Below are positions 58,891-64,000 of a stretch of 64,000 nt of DNA, in pieces. Source of the DNA: Ignavibacteriota bacterium. GTDB lineage: Bacteria; Bacteroidota; Ignavibacteria; UBA10030; SZUA-254. The translations under genes were made by a program, and so were the position numbers. Location of the stretch: contig CAVSHI010000001.1 in NCBI GenBank assembly GCA_963727845.1, positions 87,308-151,307 of the forward strand. The letters run 5' to 3'. The notes beneath the pieces are model-generated. The model was not told where the DNA came from, did no database searches, and saw only the letters and a list, made by a program, of their open reading frames with translations. Each line of letters starts with the position of its first letter. The stretch's first letter is position 1.

Positions 58891-59781
58891 CTACTTGGTG
58901 TCGAGAATGACCGGCAAACCATCCTTTCCGCTTCCGACGATGACGACCTTCGCATTGGTGGACTCCGCGATCTTCATCGTCGCTTCAATTCCCTTCCATC
59001 GGAGGAGGTTATCGCTGATACTCTGCGCCACGATCTTCTGGAAATCGGAGATACCCTGAGCCTCAATGCGTTTCCTGCTGGCTTCCTGGCTCTCCTTGGT
59101 GAGAATGAATTGCATCCTCTGGCTTTCCTGCTCGGCGCGCAGTTTTTCCTCGATCGCCGCCGTCAGCCCGGAAGGAAGTCCGACCTTTCGTAGAGGAGTC
59201 GATTCGATGACAACACCGCGGGGCGCCACGATTTCGATCAGATCCTTCATGATCACCTGTGCAAGGACTTCGCGCTCGGAAGTGTAGAGTGCCTTTGCTT
59301 CGTACGAGGCCGTCACGCCACGGCTCACGGACCGGAATTGTGGCTCGAGGATGACCTCGACATACTCCTCCCCGACGGTTTTGTAAATCTGGGATGCACG
59401 CTCGGGGTCGAGGTGATATAACACGCTGATCTCCATCTCCACCGTCAATCCCTCCTTCGATGGGACATCCATGACCTCCTTGAGCTCTTGCGTTTTGATC
59501 GACATTTTTGTGACGACCGCAAGGGGATTCACACCGTTGATTCCCGCCTTCAGGGTCATTTCGGACACCGTTCCGAATACATCTATGACGCCAACGTGGC
59601 CGGCCGGTATGACTGTCAGACATTGAGACAGGGCTATGACGATGGCAAGCAGCGCGATCGCTCCGCTCACGGTCATCGCGCTCCGATACGTAACGTTATG
59701 CTGGCCGACGAACTTTTTCCGCGCCGCCCACCAGCTCATGGAGGCGGCGATTGCAACGAGCACAAAGAATATGAATATCAT
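58891..59781 (-). CDS. SPFH/prohibitin (band 7) family protein
   Basis: IPAGHVGV, SKEGL, AIEEKLRAEQE and IEAQGI. Confidence 0.9.
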   Translation of the reverse strand: MIFIFFVLVAIAASMSWWAARKKFVGQHNVTYRSAMTVSGAIALLAIVIALSQCLTVIPAGHVGVIDVFGTVSEMTLKAGINGVNPLAVVTKMSIKTQELKEVMDVPSKEGLTVEMEISVLYHLDPERASQIYKTVGEEYVEVILEPQFRSVSRGVTASYEAKALYTSEREVLAQVIMKDLIEIVAPRGVVIESTPLRKVGLPSGLTAAIEEKLRAEQESQRMQFILTKESQEASRKRIEAQGISDFQKIVAQSISDNLLRWKGIEATMKIAESTNAKVVIVGSGKDGLPVILDTK

Positions 59782-60104
59782 GGCAGATCCTTTCTATAAT
59801 TGTAGGATAAGAATCAGAAACGAAGGTGAGTTAGGCAGCTTTAAGGTAGTGAAGCTCTGTATGAGTTCCAAGGGAGAGAAAATGTGCACAAATGATGTCC
59901 TCCTGACCGTTATTTCACGCCCGCCGACTGAATTCGACAGCGTTTGTCGCTATCGTGAATTTTTCGTACTTTCTTCCCAGTGAATACCTGTCAGGATGGC
60001 AAGTGGGTTAGAGTTTCCCCGCGAGAGGCGGGTGCGCCTCTGGCGCAGATATTTGGATTTGGGAATCGCATTAACTGATGAAGACATTCAAGCTAATGCC
60101 ACCG

Positions 60105-60231
60105 GACCAACACCAAAGAACCACCAGCCAATAGCCAGAACTGATGACGAATAACCAATGATTAATGAACAATGACAACGAACTGACAACTAAGAACCAA
60201 CAACCAAGAACTAAGAACAAGGAACAACATC
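60105..60231. repeat. Degenerate 7-nt periodic A/C-rich array directly upstream of the TlpA gene
   Basis: Units such as ACCAATG, AACAATG, ACTAAGA, ACCAACA, ACCAAGA, ACAAGGA. Confidence 0.65.
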
Positions 60232-62169
60232 ATGAAAAACACCCTCTGTTTTCTCATCCTCCTGATAAGCACTCTCTCCCGCGCTCAAGAATCCCGGGAC
60301 GTTTTCACGCTCTTCCCCGACCATCCTAAATTCGGGGAAACAATCTCCGTCGTGTATAATGCGGAAAGTCCGAAGGCTGTCCTGCGGGATACAAAGGAAG
60401 TAACTCTGGATGTGTTCATGTATTCGGGAGATTTTACGAAGGATTACCTCAGCGAGCTTCCGATGAAGAGCGATGGGAAAGTTTGGAAAACTTCATTCGT
60501 TTTGGACAACCCGAAAGTGAAGCTATTACTGTTCCGGTTTGTGTCGGGTGAGAAGGTTGACGATAACGACGACAACGTCTGGGCTTCGATGGTTTATGCG
60601 AACGACGGCCTGCCGGTGAAGGGAGCCCACCCCGGGCTATCACAACTCTACCGGTACGGAATCAGGTCGTTCAAACGCACGCGCGATGAGAATGCTGCGA
60701 GAGCAGAACTACTCGCCGAGAAGGAACGGTTTCCCGACGATTGGGATGCCGCCTCCACTCTGTGGGATATGACATTGCAAAAAGATCCGTCCGATTCGTC
60801 AAAGGCGCGGATAAAGGCCGAGCTGAATGTATTCTATGAAAGAGATAAGATGAACGACTCGCTTCTCTCCAGATACGTGGCCTGGTACAACGCTGTGGGC
60901 GACTCGGGCAAAGCACGGGAGATCCGCGAGACCGGAATTGCCCGCAACCCCAAGGGGTTTCTCGCGCGATCCATGCGATGGAGTGACATGAGGAAGGAAG
61001 CGACACCGCAGAAAAAGGTGGATTTCGCCGAGAAGTACTTCGCGGAATTCCCGGTTCTCGACAGCGCGGACAATCAAAATAAACTCTCCACCGTCTTCTA
61101 TTATTGTATCCAGGCAAATGATGTCGACAAAGCGATAAAGATCGTTTCCCAGATGACGAAGCCGACGGCGTACAACTATTCCCAGATCGTTACGAAACTC
61201 ATGGCGAAGGATGACCGTCTGCGCGAAGCAGTGGTCTTTGCGAAGAAGGCTGTTGATGTGAGCAATGCTGTCGACACCTCTTCCCGTTCGTACTACAAAA
61301 CCAGGAAGGAATGGAACGAAAGCGTCGAGGAAGAAAGAGCAACGAGCTATGATAAATACGGTCAGGCTCTTTTGAAATCTGGCGATGTGACGGGGGCAGA
61401 GGTGAGTTTCGGGGAGGCATACAAGCTTTCTCAGGGAGATGACGTCGACCTCGACGCACGATATCTCGGATGCCTGGTAAGCGACAAGAAGTTCGGTATG
61501 GCAATGGAGGTCGGTCGTAGCTGCATTGTCAAAGGAAAGAGCAACGACAACCTGGTGAACTATTTCAAGGAAGCCTTTGCGAACAAGGAGGGAGCGAAGG
61601 AAGGTTTCGAAAAGTTACCAGCCGATAAACAGAAAGAGTTCGACGGAATCATGGCTGATGCCCACAACGAGATGGTGGCTGCGATGAAGAAGAAGGTCGG
61701 CGAGAGCAGAATCAGCAAGCCTTCGATCGATTTCACGCTCAAGGATCTCGACGGGACGCCGGCGGTATTGTCTGCCCTGAAAGGGAAGGTGGTCATCCTC
61801 GACTTCTGGGCGACGTGGTGCGGGCCGTGCAAAATGTCGTTCCCGTTCCTACAGAAAGTTTACGACAAGTACAAGACCAATCCCAAAGTGGTTTTTCTGG
61901 CGATCAATACGTGGGAGCGCCAGAAAGATTACGACGCAACGGTTGCGAATGCAAAGAAGTTCATCGTGGATAACAAATATAGTTTTCCGGTCTTTATCGA
62001 CGCAGACAACAGTGTTATCGACAAATACGGCGTGGAGGGTATTCCCACGAAATTCGTTATTGACGCGAAGAGCACCATTGCTTTTAAAACTGTCGGATTT
62101 GACGGACCGGAAATGGAAGAAGAGCTGACACAACAGATAGAATTGCTTCTTGCGGAAGCGGTCAATTGA
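60232..62169 (+). CDS. TlpA-family thioredoxin with a large N-terminal TPR-like region
   Basis: Signal peptide; FTLKDLDG...LDFWATWCGPC...IPTKFVID. Confidence 0.88.
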   Translation: MKNTLCFLILLISTLSRAQESRDVFTLFPDHPKFGETISVVYNAESPKAVLRDTKEVTLDVFMYSGDFTKDYLSELPMKSDGKVWKTSFVLDNPKVKLLLFRFVSGEKVDDNDDNVWASMVYANDGLPVKGAHPGLSQLYRYGIRSFKRTRDENAARAELLAEKERFPDDWDAASTLWDMTLQKDPSDSSKARIKAELNVFYERDKMNDSLLSRYVAWYNAVGDSGKAREIRETGIARNPKGFLARSMRWSDMRKEATPQKKVDFAEKYFAEFPVLDSADNQNKLSTVFYYCIQANDVDKAIKIVSQMTKPTAYNYSQIVTKLMAKDDRLREAVVFAKKAVDVSNAVDTSSRSYYKTRKEWNESVEEERATSYDKYGQALLKSGDVTGAEVSFGEAYKLSQGDDVDLDARYLGCLVSDKKFGMAMEVGRSCIVKGKSNDNLVNYFKEAFANKEGAKEGFEKLPADKQKEFDGIMADAHNEMVAAMKKKVGESRISKPSIDFTLKDLDGTPAVLSALKGKVVILDFWATWCGPCKMSFPFLQKVYDKYKTNPKVVFLAINTWERQKDYDATVANAKKFIVDNKYSFPVFIDADNSVIDKYGVEGIPTKFVIDAKSTIAFKTVGFDGPEMEEELTQQIELLLAEAVN

Positions 62170-63449
62170 TGCGATACTTCATTATTGCAGCAATTCTATT
62201 GTCGGCAGGCATTCTCGCCCCGGCACAAACCGTTCCATCTCAATCCCCGCCGGACACGGTACAACTTCAAAATGTTCCGGTACCGGTCCCGGAGCCAACC
62301 CAGAAGGCGCTCGACTATCATGCTGGCGGCGACATCCTCTGGATGGTCGATGTGGTCTGGGGACTTCTGCTGCCGGCGGTTTTTCTCTTCACGGGCTTCT
62401 CATCGAAGATTCGAGGATGGGCAGAGAAAATGGGCAGGCACTGGTTCTTTACGATCGGCATCTATTTCATTATTTTCTCCGCGATCTTTTTCGTTATTAA
62501 CCTTCCTTTAAGCTACTACGAAGACTTCGTCAGGCAGCATGCGTACGACCTCTCCAACCAGACATTCGGCAAATGGTTCAATGACGCTCTTAAGGGGCTG
62601 ATGGTCGGGATCATCATCGGGTTTTTCTTCCTGTGGATTCCCTACCTCCTCCTGAAAAAGAGCCCAAAACGCTGGTGGCTGTACGTGGGGATTCTCATGA
62701 TACCGTTTACCATCCTCGCGATGATCGTCTCGCCCATTTGGATCGCGCCGCTGTTTAACGACTTCGGTCCGATGAAAAATAAAGTTCTCGAGGCAAAGAT
62801 TCTTGCCCTCGCAGACCGTGCCGGGATCGAGGGGGGCCGCGTGTTTGAGGTGAATAAGAGTGTCGACACAAAAAAGGTGAACGCCTACGTCACCGGATTC
62901 ATGGGGTCGAAACGAATTGTCCTATGGGACAATACCATTAACAAGCTTAATGAGAAGGAAGTGCTCTTCGTTATGGCCCACGAGATGGGGCACTACGTGC
63001 TCGGCCACGTCTGGAAACTCATCGCTTTCATCTCGCTCATCAGTATGCTGACGCTGTACCTCGCTTACCTGACAGCCGGAGCGTTCGTCAACCGGTTCAA
63101 GCAGCGTTTCGGTTTCGACCGGCTTTCGGATATTGCGTCGCTGCCGCTTATTCTTTTGCTCATCAATTTCTTCGGATTTCTCATCACGCCATTTGCCAAC
63201 TGGTACTCACGCTCCATCGAGCACGAAGCCGACCGCTTCGGCCTTGAGATTACGCGGAGCAATCACGATGCCGCAACCGCATTCGTGAAGCTCCAGATGG
63301 AAAATCTCAGCGTTCCCCGGCCGGGCACGTTGTACAAGCTCTGGCAAGCGGACCATCCCGTTCTCGGAGACCGGATCGATTTTGCGAATGAATATAAGCC
63401 GTGGGAAAAAGGTGAACCTCTCATGTACGGCGAATACTTCAAACCGTAA
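62169..63449 (+). CDS. M48-family (Ste24p-like) membrane metallopeptidase
   Basis: NAYVTG, HEMGH, EHEADRFG and HP motifs; TM helices. Confidence 0.92.
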   Translation: MRYFIIAAILLSAGILAPAQTVPSQSPPDTVQLQNVPVPVPEPTQKALDYHAGGDILWMVDVVWGLLLPAVFLFTGFSSKIRGWAEKMGRHWFFTIGIYFIIFSAIFFVINLPLSYYEDFVRQHAYDLSNQTFGKWFNDALKGLMVGIIIGFFFLWIPYLLLKKSPKRWWLYVGILMIPFTILAMIVSPIWIAPLFNDFGPMKNKVLEAKILALADRAGIEGGRVFEVNKSVDTKKVNAYVTGFMGSKRIVLWDNTINKLNEKEVLFVMAHEMGHYVLGHVWKLIAFISLISMLTLYLAYLTAGAFVNRFKQRFGFDRLSDIASLPLILLLINFFGFLITPFANWYSRSIEHEADRFGLEITRSNHDAATAFVKLQMENLSVPRPGTLYKLWQADHPVLGDRIDFANEYKPWEKGEPLMYGEYFKP

Positions 63450-63524
63450 ATTCTCGCTGGACAATATTCAGCACGGCTGTCGTGATGTATCAGATATTCA
63501 GTGACGTAATGTTCCGGCCTTTTA

Positions 63525-63578
63525 CCCTCACCTCTTCAATTCCCCTCTCCCACTGGGAGAGGGGAAAGGGGTGAGGGT
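63525..63578. repeat. CCCTCACC...CCCCTCTCCC/GGGAGAGGGG...GGTGAGGG REP-like palindrome
   Basis: Nested inverted repeats in the intergenic region. Confidence 0.65.
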
Positions 63579-63700
63579 AGGGAATGCATCTTAAGGATGT
63601 GAAACGGCCCACGATTCCAGGAATTTATTCAACAGAGTTGAGGTGCAGAACACTATACCGTCAGCTCTCAAATATATTTCACGTGATGAAACAGGACAAC

Positions 63701-64000
63701 ATGAAGATCAAACTCAAACAACAATCCTTGCCGTGGATATCGGCAGCATTTTTCTTTCTCCTTCAATCTGCCCTCAAGGCGCAGGTCGGAGACACGCTTC
63801 TTCTGCGGGAAGGTCTCGCGCTTTCGTTACCCAAGGGCTACCTGGAAACATTTGTAGTTACCAATCCTGTTGAGGCAAATCTCATTCTGGGGAAATGGAA
63901 GGCGCCGAAGCTGCATGAAAAAGTCGCGTTCCGGGGTGCCGCGGAGAAAGAATGGCAATCCATCAAGGCTGATGAGAAAGGGTGGTTTGAGGATTCCGTT
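63701..64000 (+). CDS. 5' part of a secreted protein running off the window (MKIKLKQQ...WQSIKADEKGWF)
   Basis: Open for 100 codons to the window edge, with a signal-peptide-like start. It is absent from the ORF track; product uncertain (possibly a prolyl-oligopeptidase-family N-terminus). Confidence 0.6.
   Translation, partial: MKIKLKQQSLPWISAAFFFLLQSALKAQVGDTLLLREGLALSLPKGYLETFVVTNPVEANLILGKWKAPKLHEKVAFRGAAEKEWQSIKADEKGWFEDSV

Noticed and set aside
63643-63873. ORF-track 76-aa ORF
   Set aside because: It is off-frame; the ATG at 63701 opens a better signal-peptide-bearing frame that runs to the window end.
1-64000. tRNA, rRNA, integrase or transposase genes
   Set aside because: None were recognisable by eye, so the island boundaries cannot be tied to an att site.

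Overview
A 64-kb bacterial chromosomal segment. Four genes end in T9SS 'QNYPNPFNPTT' sorting domains, which by inference points to an Ignavibacteria-like or other Bacteroidota-related (FCB) organism. Content left to right: (1) a minus-strand redox operon (MarR, hydrogenase maturation protease, HdrC, HdrB, truncated HdrA, DRTGG protein), divergent from a Cache histidine kinase, a sigma-54 response regulator and an unusual double-receiver protein; (2) a pilin-like gene, candidate small RNAs, and a cluster of T9SS cargo genes: two 8-repeat propeller paralogues and a frameshifted S53-like protease. The first propeller gene and the protease share a promoter and a structured 5' leader; (3) housekeeping, peptidase and VPS10-type genes; (4) a ~13-kb defence-like island: PLD-SNF2 helicase, DUF1016 nuclease, N6-methyltransferase fused to a Schlafen/AlbA_2 domain, SatD, DUF3307, STAS-like protein, and a deaminase-ATPase fusion flanked by 127-bp direct repeats; (5) a glucan-debranching lipoprotein, signalling genes and another T9SS cargo; (6) an APC transporter / MttB / corrinoid / homocysteine methyltransferase operon with two identical-context frameshifts; (7) SPFH, TlpA and M48 genes. 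I saw no rRNA, tRNA, CRISPR array, integrase or transposase. All family assignments come from motif recognition by eye, not database searches. The best candidates for an undescribed system are the SatD-DUF3307-STAS plus deaminase-ATPase tail of the defence island, the shared T9SS-gene leader RNA, and the MttB-fed split methionine synthase.
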